Assembly: GCF_009914755.1 (NCBI RefSeq)
Contig: NC_060944.1
Strand: one strand, 5' to 3'
Source: the human T2T-CHM13v2.0 reference genome, Homo sapiens
Length of the DNA stretch: 64,000 nt
In this document: positions 1-12,331 of the stretch, piece after piece
How positions within the stretch are numbered: position 1 is the first letter of the stretch
How the letters are laid out: each line of letters begins with the position of its first letter
Notes under the pieces: generated by a model
What the model was told of the DNA's origin: nothing
What the model saw: only the letters and a program-made list of their open reading frames with translations
Database searches by the model: none
Translations under genes and position numbers: made by a program

Positions 1-109
1 TCTGGGTCTCTGCCTCTGAGGCTGCAAGTCTCTGGGCCATTGAGCAGGAAGCGCTTCTCCAACATCTCAGCTGTGTTCCAGGATTCCCAGCAGAGAGGCT
101 CACCGCCAT

Positions 110-450
110 AGGGGCGGGACCCTGAGCCACGTGTGGCTATTTAAAACATCCAAAACATGATTACTTCAACGTGGAGACAAAAAATATTGCAATATTTAGT
201 CTTTTTTTCTATACCATGTTTTCAAAATCTGGTGTGTGTTTTTGCTCTTACAGCATATCTCAATTCAGATGCTGCATTTTCATCAGAAACACTTGATCTG
301 TACTTAGATTTCGTAAAATGTAAAGTGGAAGACAGATTCATACATTTGGGCTGTTCCAAACAAGCATTAAAGTTTTCCAATAACTGAATCAGGTGTTACT
401 TTTTTTTTTTCATTTTAATTAAGTAAAAGGACACCTCTGCTCCTCGGCCG
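110..450. mobile_element. MER33-like hAT-Charlie DNA transposon remnant
   Basis: CAGCATATCTCAATTCAGA...CTTGATCTGTACTTAGATTTC...GTTTTCCAATAACTGAATC resembles the recalled MER33 consensus; boundaries approximate. Confidence 0.6.
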
Positions 451-949
451 TGCTGGCTCCCACCACTGCGGTCCAAGCTCAAGCCCTGATATAAGCCACA
501 CCTGGTAAAACCTCCCAGGGGCTTCTGAATTCATCACAAGACAACCTCCCAGAGAGGCCGTCCCAGGCCTCGCATGGGTCGAATGCCCAGGAACCTATGC
601 CTCTGTCAGTGAGCAGCTGTAATTTTTTTTTTGCAATTCCTTCACACATTAAGCCAAAACCTGCCTCTTTGTAACTTACACCCTCCTACCTTCCTTTTGT
701 TCCCCAGAGCCAAGTGAAGGCAAGTTGGCTGCCTCAGCTGTGCGACAGCTCTTCAAAATTCTAAGGCAACTCTCACACTTCCCTAGCCTTCCCCTCTCCC
801 ACTCCAAACCATCACACTCGATCTGTTTAGTACCCACAGGAAGAGAAACCTAGGAAGCAAGTATCAGTCCTTCACACTTTAGTAGAAATTGGCCCATCAA
901 CTTGCTTTCCTCTGCAGGGCTGGGAAGGTGAACAGATGCTCCCAGCTAT

Positions 950-1101
950 CTGGGGCCCACAGAGGCAGCAGGAGGACCAGTGTGTAATAGGACAGCAGCA
1001 GAATCAAAGGGTTTATCATCTCTGCCAGCCAGAGCCTGGATGGCAGTGGAGTTTCCAGGACACTGCGGTTGGTCCTGATGCATGCGATCATCTCCAGCAG
1101 C
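950..1101 (-). pseudogene. PIEZO-like exon 8 (3' end approximate)
   Basis: CCTTCTGCGCACAG| acceptor. It reads RLLEMIACIRTNRS../SWKLHCHPG../EMINPLILLLSYYTLVLLLPLW vs PIEZO2 RLFGIKSVIQTDCSSTWKIIVNPDLSWYHHANPILLLVMYYTLATLIRIW. Confidence 0.85.
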
Positions 1102-1422
1102 CTGTGCGCAGAAGGCCAACCAGGAAGTCACAGATGCCACCATGAACACCTCAGGTCTGGCACCCATCCTGGTGGCAGCAGCATCACTTGAGCCTTGTGT
1201 GCCCTAGCCCACCCGTTGCCTGGGTAGGGGAGATGGCCAGGCACGGGGAAGGGGAATGGAGATGGGGCAAGGGCACACTATGGATCCCCCTGGCTGTCTC
1301 AGACCAAAGCCCTCCTCAGATGGCCATTTCCCCCAACACACCCCGGGGCCAGCTTCGGGGCTGTCTGTGTGGTCTCTGCCCCTTCTCTGCTATGGGACTC
1401 ATTGCATCATCCAGTTAACTCC

Positions 1423-1708
1423 TGTCTCCCCATCAGGCTGCAAGCCCCATCTTCTCCCCCATCATCAGGCTGCAAGCCCCGTCTTCTCCCGCATCATCAG
1501 GCTGCAAGCCCCGTCTTCTCCCCCATCATCAGGCTGCAAGCCCCGTCTTCTCCCCCATCATCAGGCTGCAAGCCCCGTCTTCTCCCCCATCATCAGGCTG
1601 CAAGCCCCGTCTTCTCCCGCATCATCAGGCTGCAAGCCCCGTCTTCTCCCCCATCATCAGGCTGCAAGCCCCGTCTTCTCCCCCATCATCAGGCTGCAAG
1701 CCCCGTCT
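1423..1708. repeat. 32-bp minisatellite, about 9 copies
   Basis: Unit CATCATCAGGCTGCAAGCCCCGTCTTCTCCC(C/G); the core recurs every 32 nt from 1434 to 1690. Confidence 0.97.
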
Positions 1709-2239
1709 GTCCTGGTTATTGCTGCATCCTCAGTGCCTGGCACCCAACTGTTAGTTCCCTTACCTTCGGAAAGGTGTCAGGTGCCAGCCTGGAGGAGAAA
1801 AAGTCCAAACCAGGCCGCGTGTTTCCTGTGCATTCTATGTCCCCAGCCACCTGGGCCTTAGTGACAGACTGTGTAGTAGATCGATGAATGAATGACAACG
1901 GGTGGCCAAGCATGGAGGTATACGCTGCCTTCTCTCCTTCTGGCAGAACGTGATGATGGGCACAGAATTGAGGTTTGTATGGGTTGAATTTTATCCCCAA
2001 AGCTAACCCCCTCCTGAGCTGTCTACACCTCTGTCCTAGCTTTTGAGACATGGGAAGGGGTATACACCAGTCGCCCACACCCATCCACTCAGGCGGTCAA
2101 GAACTATCAGGAGAAGAGGGCTTGGCTAACCCCTCTGTGGGATATCCAATGCGGCCCTGGCCTCCTAGTGAGCCGCAGACCACTAGGGGGGCCGAGCCCA
2201 GCACTGTCCATGGCGGTAATGACCAAGGGGACTTTGCAG

Positions 2240-2427
2240 GGTGGCAATGTCACTGCGAGGCACGAGGTCCTGGAAGAAGGGGAGCTGGTAGAGGAACAAG
2301 CACGCCAGGTGGTGAAGATGGCTATGAAGACACAGAGACTACCAACAGCCACGACGCTCAGAGACCGATGGCACGTCTACCAGGAGCCTAGGCTGAGGCC
2401 ACAGAACGGGAGCCCATCGCTGGGGAG
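2240..2427 (-). pseudogene. PIEZO-like exon 7 (nonsense and frameshift; ends approximate)
   Basis: LPSDGLPFCGLSLGSW*TCHRSLSVVAVGSLCVFIAIFT/HLACLFLYQLPFFQDLVPRSDIAT vs PIEZO2 LPSLTSSVYFFVFLGLCTWWSWCRTFDPLLFSCLCVLLAIFTAGHLIGLYLYQFQFFQEAVPPNDYYAR. TAG at 2377-2379 replaces a Trp, and there is a small deletion near 2310. Confidence 0.9.
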
Positions 2428-2930
2428 ACAGCTTCCACCCATGTGACTGGCAGCCCTCCCCACCCCGCACCCTGACCATGCGCCCTGAGACCCAGCCAGG
2501 AAAAGCTGGCTCTGAAAACAGCCTGCACAGACTGGTGACCACTGACACACACCCAGGAGCACTGCAGCCTCCTGCTCCGGGACAAGGCTGACCCTGCAGG
2601 TCAGCCTGGGCTTCCCTGGGATGGCCTGAGCCACTTCCAGGAGCTCCTTGTCCCTCCTTCTGAAGAGCAACAAGACCTAATGGCAGGTGGCACCCCATCT
2701 CGGCAGCACTGAGCAGAAGTGCACTCTCCCTCCCCTTCTCCTCACTGTGACTCGGCATCACCGCTGTGCCCGGGGAACTCAGCCTGCAGGCCTCGGCTGG
2801 ACTCGCTGCAGCTGCGGCCCCTTCCCTCAATGCCTCCCCACAGTGCCCAGACCTGCTCCAGCCGCTCGGGTGTCTGTCCCTCCCATCATGTAGCCCAACG
2901 CTGGCCCCACCACAGGAACCTTCTTGGCAC

Positions 2931-3115
2931 CCGCCCAGCCCAGGAGAAGGGTCACCAGGCCCTCCCACGTGGTGGGAAGAAAGGCTCCACGATGGTTTCC
3001 AAGCCCAAAATGAAGGCAGTGACCTTTAGGACAAAGTCCTTGCCCATGCCCTCAGCCTCCTAGCGTTCTCCGACCAAGAGCTGGTGACATCATCCTCAGA
3101 GTCACTCTCACCAAC
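2931..3115 (-). pseudogene. PIEZO-like exon 6 (frameshifted)
   Basis: TTCTGACTTTTCCCAG| acceptor. It reads VGESDSEDD...KDFVLKVTAFILGLETIVEPFF/TTWEGLVTLLLGWAG vs PIEZO2 ...KLKEFIGNMITTAGKVVVTILLGSSG and ends in phase 1 at a weak GT. Confidence 0.72.
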
Positions 3116-4804
3116 CTGGGAAAAGTCAGAAGTGAAAAATAGCCAGAAAGAGTCCCCATGCCTTTCCCCGGCCTGAAAAACGGGGGGCAGATCATTTTGG
3201 AATCTGGAGATGAACCCCGAAGGATCAACAGTTCACTGCTTAATGGCAGTGAGCATCTGCCCGGAGCCAGCCCAGCCTCAGCCTCGTAGGGGAGCAGACT
3301 GTGTAGCCCAGAGAGGGGGAACGGCTCGCTGAGGTCACAGAGCACACTCTCGGCCTCCCTGGTCCTGTGGGCCCAGAGGAGAGTCTACACTTCCAGGGCG
3401 CAAATCTCAGCACTTGACAAATCAAACCAGATTGTCATTGTCCCTCTAGCCCAGGCTGGGCCTCTGGATGCCGTAAGGTCACCCGAGCCTGTTGCTGGCA
3501 TCCTGCCCCCCAGCCCGCGGCTGTCCTGCAGCAGCCTCCTTCCCCAGGGGCCCCTCCTGGGCCCAGGTAGCCATCAAAGTGTTCAGGCAGAACCTCCCAG
3601 GCTGGGTCAGCTGCTGGCGGTTACAGGATTCTAAACTCGGGACAGCGGGTGACTGTGTGGTGAAGCATTAACCTTGCCCAGAGAGAGCTGGCCTCTGCTC
3701 CCGGCAGGTGACCGCTAAGCCCTTGGGATGTCCTGCCTGATAAGAGTGTCTTTGTTTAACTGAGGGTCTTGGGCCATCCCGGATCGCTTATGCTGACAAT
3801 ATGCTTTATGGCGGGGGCCTTGGGCTCAAATCCCAGAGGGCTGGAGACGGAGGTCAGCCATGTGGGTGGGCAGCCACGTCTATGTGGCAGAGCCCCAGTG
3901 GATACTTCCAGTTCTAGCAGCACTTGTGTGCAGTCACACATCATGTGGGTAAGTGGTGTCCATGCCACTTCCCTGAGAGAGGAGAGCTGGAACTCACAAC
4001 TGGAGTCCTCCTGGCCCCTGCCCCACGCGCCCTTCCCCGGGCCGACCTCACGCTGCGACCTTCGCTGGAGGAACCGCAGTGAGCACAGCAGTGCTACTGA
4101 GTTCTGAGAGGACTCCAGCAAAATGCCGAACCGGAGGGTGGACTTGGGAACTCTGGAAAGATCTATCCTCTATCTGGATCTCTATTTCCACCTCAAACTA
4201 AGGAAGACCAACAAAAATCTCCCTGGTCCTTTGATGGGTCTCTGCATTTAAATGGCCTATGTGCATACGTGTGTACGTTTCGGCTGAAGGTCTGAATCTC
4301 AGATGGCAGAGCCTCAGGCACCAGTGTGTGGAGTGTTCTGGGCACCTTGGCAGCACAGGGACAGTCCCTTCCCTTGACCCTGGCTCTCAGGACCGTGCGC
4401 CCAATGCGTGGGCATGGCCAGCTGTGGCAGAGTCCCTGGAGCTCAATCCTCACCATGTACTGGAACCCTATCCGCACACTGGCCAGGTTTTCTTCCTGTT
4501 ACATGTATCGAGTAGCTACTACAGGCCTGGGCTCAGGTGCCCAGGACACAAACAGAAATAGACAAAACTACCACCTGCAGGAGCAACATTCCCCTGCTGG
4601 CAGGGGGTGGAGGGAGTCTCGTTGCCCATCAACCCTGCAAAGGCCCTGACAAGGCCTGCCGGAAGAACTCTTTTTTAACTTTGAAGAACTTGACATTTCT
4701 CTCTCTCCCTTTTTTTTCCACCTACAAACACCTCCTAGCACTCTGTGGAGCATGTAGTCCCCACACGCCTCGGGAATAAAAGGCTGTCCCGCCACCCCAC
4801 CTAC

Positions 4805-4989
4805 CTGTGCCATCTCCACCTCTCCGTCCACCTCTTGCTCCTCATGGCCCATGATGTTGGAAGAGAAAGTCTGTGTTCCCAGGAGGACACAGCTTATGGC
4901 TCAGCCTGGAGATGATGAGGCCCACAAGAGCCGTTCCGGGGTCTGGAGGCCGCAGGTGCACAGCATTCCCTGCATCCACGTGGCTGAGC
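4805..4989 (-). pseudogene. PIEZO-like exon 5 (frameshifted)
   Basis: CTCTGTCCCGTCAG| acceptor in phase 2. It reads LSHVDAGNAVHLRPPDPGTALVGLIISRLSHKL vs PIEZO2 LKGADAGNGIRVFVPDIGMFIASLTIWLLCRNI. An acidic tail in another frame ends at CAG|GTAGGT; this end is less certain. Confidence 0.82.
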
Positions 4990-5737
4990 CTGACGGGACA
5001 GAGGCACACACCTGTGAGCCTCCCGGGAGAGGCTGCCTGTCTGTGTGGGGGCTATGCAGCCTGGTGCTCTCCCTCCCACCATGGCTCGTTCTCTCTCCTC
5101 TCTCCTCTCCTCTCCTCCTATCTCTTCCTCTCTCCCTTCCTCCTGTGGGTATGCTGAGAATTCTGTAGATAAATTAGCATTATCAACACTATTATCGTCA
5201 ACGTGCCTGTTATAATTTCCTCCTAATGACAGCAGAACAGCACGGCGTGCAGTTAGCAGAGCATGTGTCCTGGAGCCCCCTGGCATGTTTGACTCCCAGC
5301 TCTGCCACTTACAAGGTGTGAGAGCCTGGCCAGACACCTGCCCCTTCCACGCCTCGTTTTCCCCATCAGGAGCACTGTTGTGAGATTAAATGGGTAGATT
5401 TGTGAGGGCTGTGTGGCAGGCCACAGAGGATGCTGGCTATGTGTTTTCCGTATCATGGTGGTCACTTTCTGAGCCCCTTCTTGGCCTTTCTGTGACTCCT
5501 CTGGCACTTTCATGACACTGGGGGCTGCGGCACTGCCCTGGTCTTTCCCACGTGGGTCCTGCCTCTTTGCCCAGGTGTCAGGCTCCCTGGGGAAAGCCAG
5601 GTCTTGCTCTGCTCACTTGGGACTGGGCAACCCTGAGCTTCTCAAGAAATAGGAGCTGAGTGGGTCTGAATGCACCCAACACCCACCCACAGTAACCTGT
5701 CCAGGGCCCACCCTCATTCCCGAGGCTCCCTGCTTAC

Positions 5738-5780
5738 CTAATGATTCCAAGATGTCCTAGAACCTTCTCCCAAACAGCAC
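5738..5780 (-). pseudogene. PIEZO-like exon 4 (43 nt, intact)
   Basis: TCTTTTCTGCAG| ... AG|GTAAGC. It encodes xAVWEKVLGHLGIIR vs PIEZO1 CSRWETLSRHIGVTR and PIEZO2 CSTWEKTFRQIGFES; 43 nt, phase 1 to 2. Confidence 0.88.
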
Positions 5781-7204
5781 CTGCAGAAAAGATGGCGGCT
5801 TGGGCTCCGGCCTTACAAGTGTTTTCTGGGCCGCAGGGCGAGGCTGTGGGCAGGGCCTTTCTCGTCCCAGCCCCAGCACTGTGCCTGGCACTCAGCAGAC
5901 AGTGGCGGAATTATTTGAGCAAATTCGGGTTTTCCCAAGCAAGAGAAGCCGTGCTGTGGTCTCAGGTCTGTTAGGTCCACACTGAGAGAGGCAGAGGCCC
6001 ACAGCTCTCTGCAGGAGGTGGGAAGGGCCTCCGTCCACCTGGCTGGCCATCGGCAGGTCAGAGAGCCCCGTGTCCTCACTCCTGCCTGCCCACTTGCCTT
6101 CCTCCTCGGCCTCCTCGAACCCTCAGGCCACGCCCCACTGAGGGCAGAGGCAGCCCCCGCCCTCTGCAAGGATGGCCAGCCAAGAACAAGCCCTGTAGCA
6201 GGGCGAGTGTGACTGGGTCCTGGGAAGGGAGCCCCTGAGGCTGGGGAGGCCGGAGAGCAGCCTCTCAGCTGAGTCCTGAGGACAGCAGAGGACAAGAGCT
6301 TCAGAGGGAGGCTCTTCATGGGGTCTAAGGAGGCAAACCCCTCACTGCCAGGGAAGGAGCTCAGTGCAGAATGTCCGGGACGGATAAATCGAGAGACAGC
6401 CACCGAAGCACGTTCTTAGAAACATGCTGGCAGATGACACAGGCGGCAGCTGGGAAGGCAGCAAGGAGGAGCCGCTGGAGAGGGTGGGGCTGAGGATTGG
6501 ATTTGTCATCCTCAACCTACAGAGCTCTTTGGCTTTTAAATTATGTACATGTCTTACTTTGATAAAAAGAATAACAATGCAATACTAGATTTTCTTAACT
6601 CCTCTGATCAGAGTAAGAGGACCAGTGCCTCAATGGTGCGGAGATGGATCGTGTCAGGTTCACCTGTAGGTCAACGATGGTGCAGCCATCAATTGAATAG
6701 GACACAGCAGTTAAGAAGAATGAGGAGGAGCTCGTGCTCTGCTCTGGAGAGATGTCTACAATACATCATTACACGGAGAAGACAATGAAGCCAGCGTGCT
6801 CAGAAAGACATCCCGCGCTGGGGAGACACGGGAGAACCCAGCCCCATCCCAAACAGTCTATGGCCATCAGGTGGCAGCCGGCAGCTCCTTCATGGAATAC
6901 TTTCCCTTCCTTTATTGTCCATTTCGGCCAGGATTTCCATTTTTAGAATAAGCATGGATTTCAATTGCAATCAGAAAAGCACTTATGCCATAAAAATATA
7001 CAAACATAAGTTTAGAGGAAATAAGTATAACTTCATGTTCCTTACTAGACCACCAAATGGTTCAAGAAACATTGGAGGGAGGGGCCCAGGAGGAGTGAGC
7101 GGGGAGTTCCATCACCTTGTTGAAAGGGGGGTCAGCCCAAGAGTGCAAGCAGGGTCATGAGAAGGGGACACTTAGGAATTCATCCTTCTTACTCTTCTGG
7201 TTGT

Positions 7205-8200
<996 letters not shown>

Positions 8201-8338
8201 TGATAGTACATATTTTCAGCAGAAGCAGCTGTAGATGAAAACTACACAAGCAGACGTGGCTGGGTCCCAAGAAAATATTATGAGAAGCTCAAATCTGGGT
8301 TCCCAGAGTCATTTCTGCGTACTAAGAAAGATATTCTT

Positions 8339-8615
8339 GTCCGGGCGTGGTGGCTGACACCAATGCTTTGGGAGGCCAAGGAGGGAGGATGGCTTGAGGC
8401 CAGGAGTTAGGGACCAGTCTGGGTAACATAGCAAGATCCCACCTCTACAGAAAATTACAAAATTAGCCAGTCACTGTGGCACACACCAATAGTCCCAGCT
8501 ACTCAGGGGGCTGAGGCAGGAGGATCACTTGAGTTCAAAAGTTTGAGGTTAAGGTGAGCTATGATTGTACCCCTGCACTCCAGCCTGAGAAACACAATGA
8601 GACCTCGTCTCAAAA
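8339..8615 (+). mobile_element. Alu (AluJ-like), followed by a (TG)/(TA)-rich tract to about 8735
   Basis: CCGGGCGTGGTGGCT...GGAGGATGGCTTGAGGCCAGGAGTT...GACCTCGTCTCAAAA. Confidence 0.92.
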
Positions 8616-9877
8616 CATACGTGTGTGTGTATGAAAAAGTATATATATGTATATTCTATATACACACATATATATGTGTATAAATATATATAAGAAAAAG
8701 AAATATATATCTATGAGAAAAGGAATATGTATATTTTTTTCTTTCTTAGCAGACAGGCCAGATTTGTCCAAAAGCCCGAGTTTGCCCACCCCGATCTAGA
8801 ACATCTTTCTACAAAATCCTCGCATCATGAATCCCCCTGCACCAGCCACCCTCTCTGCCGCTACAGCCCAGAGACCTCCTTTCAAGTGAGTTTGCATAAG
8901 CGGCTGAGGAATCCCTGAGGTCAGTGGCGGGGGCGGGGTGCTGTTTTTTAAGAAGACATTTTTCCTGGAAGGAACAGGGCTGGTACTGGCACGGTCCTTT
9001 CCTGATGATTTAGTCAGAACAGCCCTCCAGCTCACTGGTCTGTGCACCAAAGCTGTGGTAGAGGGCAGTGAAAGTGGTCATTGCGGACGAGGGCTCGGAG
9101 CCAAAGGCCCTCTGGGGAAGAGGATGCCAGGACGGCTTGCAGGAGGTGCTTGGTGCTTCCTGGAAAAAGAGGGGGAATGAACGATCAGGGGGTCCATGCA
9201 GCATGGGAGGGGTTTCTGAGGCCAGGCCCTGTTGTGGGCACCAACTGGGTCATTGGGTCAGGATTTCCAGATGGGTAGTGACTTTCTTGGGGTGCTTAGG
9301 AAGAGAAGTGGGTCCGGTTTTGCTTCCCATCACTCCCCTCTCCGTCCACTGTCTGCTCATTCGCCGCTCGTGTGCTGTGGTGGAACTCACTGCCTATTTG
9401 CTGTCAGGTTCCATGGCGGAAGCCATGCTGGATTTGTGGCGCGGTCACACCATCGCCCAGAGAATATGCGTGACTTCCTGACACAGGGAGGAACACGCAC
9501 GTGGTTGCCAAAGCGCTATCAAGCACAGCAAGACCTCCCCAGGCCAGGGCCCCCACGCCGGCTCAGGACGGGACTGGCCCTGGTCACTCATTCCACAGGG
9601 AAGCCAGCCAAGTGGTAAGCAGAGAGCAAGCCTATTACAAAGCTACACTCACACAGCGGAAAGGCTGTCCCCGGGCAGGACCTTGAGCACCCACGCGCCT
9701 GGGATGCCACCGGCACAGGGAGGCATCCAGAAAACATTGGTGGAATAAATACATTCATTAATCGCTCCTGACATTCGCTCCTTCTTGCTTATGTTGCTCT
9801 TAGGGAATTCAAATGCTCTTCTTTTTATGATATGTGGTTGCTTTTTTATGCCCTTTCTTGATAAAATAAAAAGTGGC

Positions 9878-10212
<335 letters not shown>

Positions 10213-10600
10213 TTACTGGTCTGCAAAATCCCAAATCTGAGGCCCATTTCCATAAATGAACAGATTAGAACAATAGGTCAGTGTGTTCACTGAATGGAAA
10301 GGATATCCCTGAAGTACCCCAAAATCGTTCATGTTTATCCTCTTTCCTATTTACTACAGAGACTTTTGTGGTTTTTTGTTTGTTTGTTTATTTTAATACA
10401 GAACGTTTCCATTCTCCTCCATAAGCTTTGTAAAACAAGACATTACAAAGTGTATACTACTGAGCTCTGGGAAGATACTGCGGAAACTCTTACTGGGTCA
10501 AGCCAGCGACATAAAAAGGCTCTTTTGTAAAATCACTAGATAATGGAAGTTCCTTGTATGATTTTGTTCACCTGTAAGAGGCTTTCCACGTGGGGTTGGC

Positions 10601-10697
10601 CTCTCATGGAACTGGCCAAAGGTCTGGGGGAGCAGAGGAATCAGAAGCAGAGAAGCCAGGTAGACAATTGATCATCCATCGCACCTGCATGAAACAG
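10601..10697 (-). pseudogene. PIEZO-like exon 2 (97 nt; nonsense, +1 frameshift, decayed donor)
   Basis: Polypyrimidine tract plus TAG acceptor. It reads (A)VSCRCDG*SIVYLASLLLIPLLP/RPLASSMRG vs PIEZO2 ACAFRYNGLSFVYLIYLLLIPLFSEPTKTTMQG. TGA at 10672-10674, one extra base in a C run, and the donor position reads GC. Confidence 0.88.
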
Positions 10698-12267
10698 CTA
10701 AGGGAGTAAGAGAAAGTGCGCTGAGTCTACGATCCCATAGACAGCCCCGCAGTCCATGAGCGAGGAACAGATATGCTGAGATTTCATTAAGAGGGCCTTG
10801 AAAAATCAACTTGCAAGGATTAGATGCTTGTTATTTCCAAGTGGTTTTTGAATTTTCGGGGTTTTTTTTTTAACGAAATAAATAATTCTATAGATTCTTT
10901 TCCCCAATCAGTTGCCTGTCTTTGAAATTAACCATTTCCCTGGCTTTCTCCCTGATTGGGACCGCGCCCCTCCTCAGTCTTTCTGAAGTGCTATTGTGTT
11001 GGATGTTATTCGCTTAGCCACACATAATGTAACTTTGAAATGCGATGGAAAAAAAAATGAGCATTTCCAGTGAACTGAAAAGAATGCATCTGATTTTAAA
11101 ATGTGTACTTAAAAAAGGTGCACCCAAATTGATTGTACCAACTACAGGGCTCATTCTGCCAAGCCAAATCTGAAATGCATTTTTTGCAAAAGGACAGCTT
11201 TATTATGATTTTTTAGAGGAAAGAAATATGTAGATCCAGGCACAGAGGGAAAAAAAAGCATCTTGAGGATTTAATACAGCTTGGATTAATCAAAGCGTCT
11301 GCTTTTAAGCTGTGTGCCCCCACAGAGGAGTGAATTAATGAGCAATTTATGCAATGAATATATTTTTTTCTTTCATTATCTAGGTATTTCAGAGGAATGT
11401 GCTTCTTCCGACTTCAATTCTCCAGATATTTCTCTGAAACGTTAGCTTCATTTTGCATGTATAATTACAGCCTCAAGTCGTTTGGAGAGCAAGTCTCAAG
11501 GTAGTCGAAAACTTCTCACCCCCCACCCTCATGCAAATCAAGTCGGTTGCTCACCATTCAACCTCAAATCTCCCCTGAAACCTTTTGAATGAAGAATCCA
11601 TTTTGGAATTATCCTTAAGCCAGCGTTTCCAAGGCTGGTTTGGAGGATGGGGTGCTTTAGTAAGAATACAGATGCCGGAACCCCATTCCTGGAAGCTCAA
11701 AACCAGCAAGTCTGGGACAGGGCTTGGCACCCTGTGTTGTTCAAGTTTATGTAGCAGAATGGCCAGGCTTACACTCCCCGCTCTCCACCCGCCAAGGAGA
11801 AGAAAATGCTAAATTAGGCCCGTTAACTTAGCTGCTGCCTCACAGGGGGTAATTTGTAGACCCAAGGCTGAACCTGAAGGCTGGAGCTAAGAGTGAACAA
11901 GAAGATGGGTTTTCCTCTCTGGTAACACAAGTTCAGTTGCAATTTAGATCCCCAAGAAATGTACCTGGGGTCTTTGGAAATGACCTGAATTTGCAATCTG
12001 TGTTACTCCACCAGCCCCTAGAAATGCTGGGAGGTCACCAGGGTACAGTTCTTCTATCCCATAATTGTCCTGGCTTCCAGGAAATGGGAAGGGGGCTGGG
12101 AGGGGGCGGGCCTATAGCCTTATCTTCCCCTGCAGCCTCATCAAAATGGACGGGAAACAATAGGTGAACCCGCCAAGTAGGCTGGAGGTATTGAAATCTC
12201 TGGGCATAGATGGTGGTTCGGTTGGTGGAATGTCCCTTTCTCTCGGAAGACAATCGAGTGGCCTTAC

Positions 12268-12331
12268 CTGAGAGCAAGGAACATGGCGGCAGGGCTCGGA
12301 AGAGGAACCCAGACGTCACCTCCGAGGCCAT
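12268..12331 (-). pseudogene. PIEZO-like exon 1 (coding part, 64 nt, intact)
   Basis: ATG in strong context GGGGCCATGG. It encodes MASEVTSGFLFRALPPCSLLS vs PIEZO2 MASEVVCGLIFRLLLPICLAV and ends at CAG|GTAAGG. The 64 coding nt and phase 1 equal PIEZO1/2 exon 1 as recalled. Confidence 0.9.

Noticed and set aside
1256-1887. Repetitive 201-aa and 172-aa ORFs
   Set aside because: Translations of the 32-bp VNTR.
9030-9160. Possible Piezo exon 3 ending ACCA|GTGAGC
   Set aside because: Translation does not resemble Piezo exon 3, and the junction would not give the conserved Cys.
12035-12267. Remainder of the 98-aa ORF beginning MASEV
   Set aside because: Piezo similarity stops at the splice donor; the rest is intron read-through.
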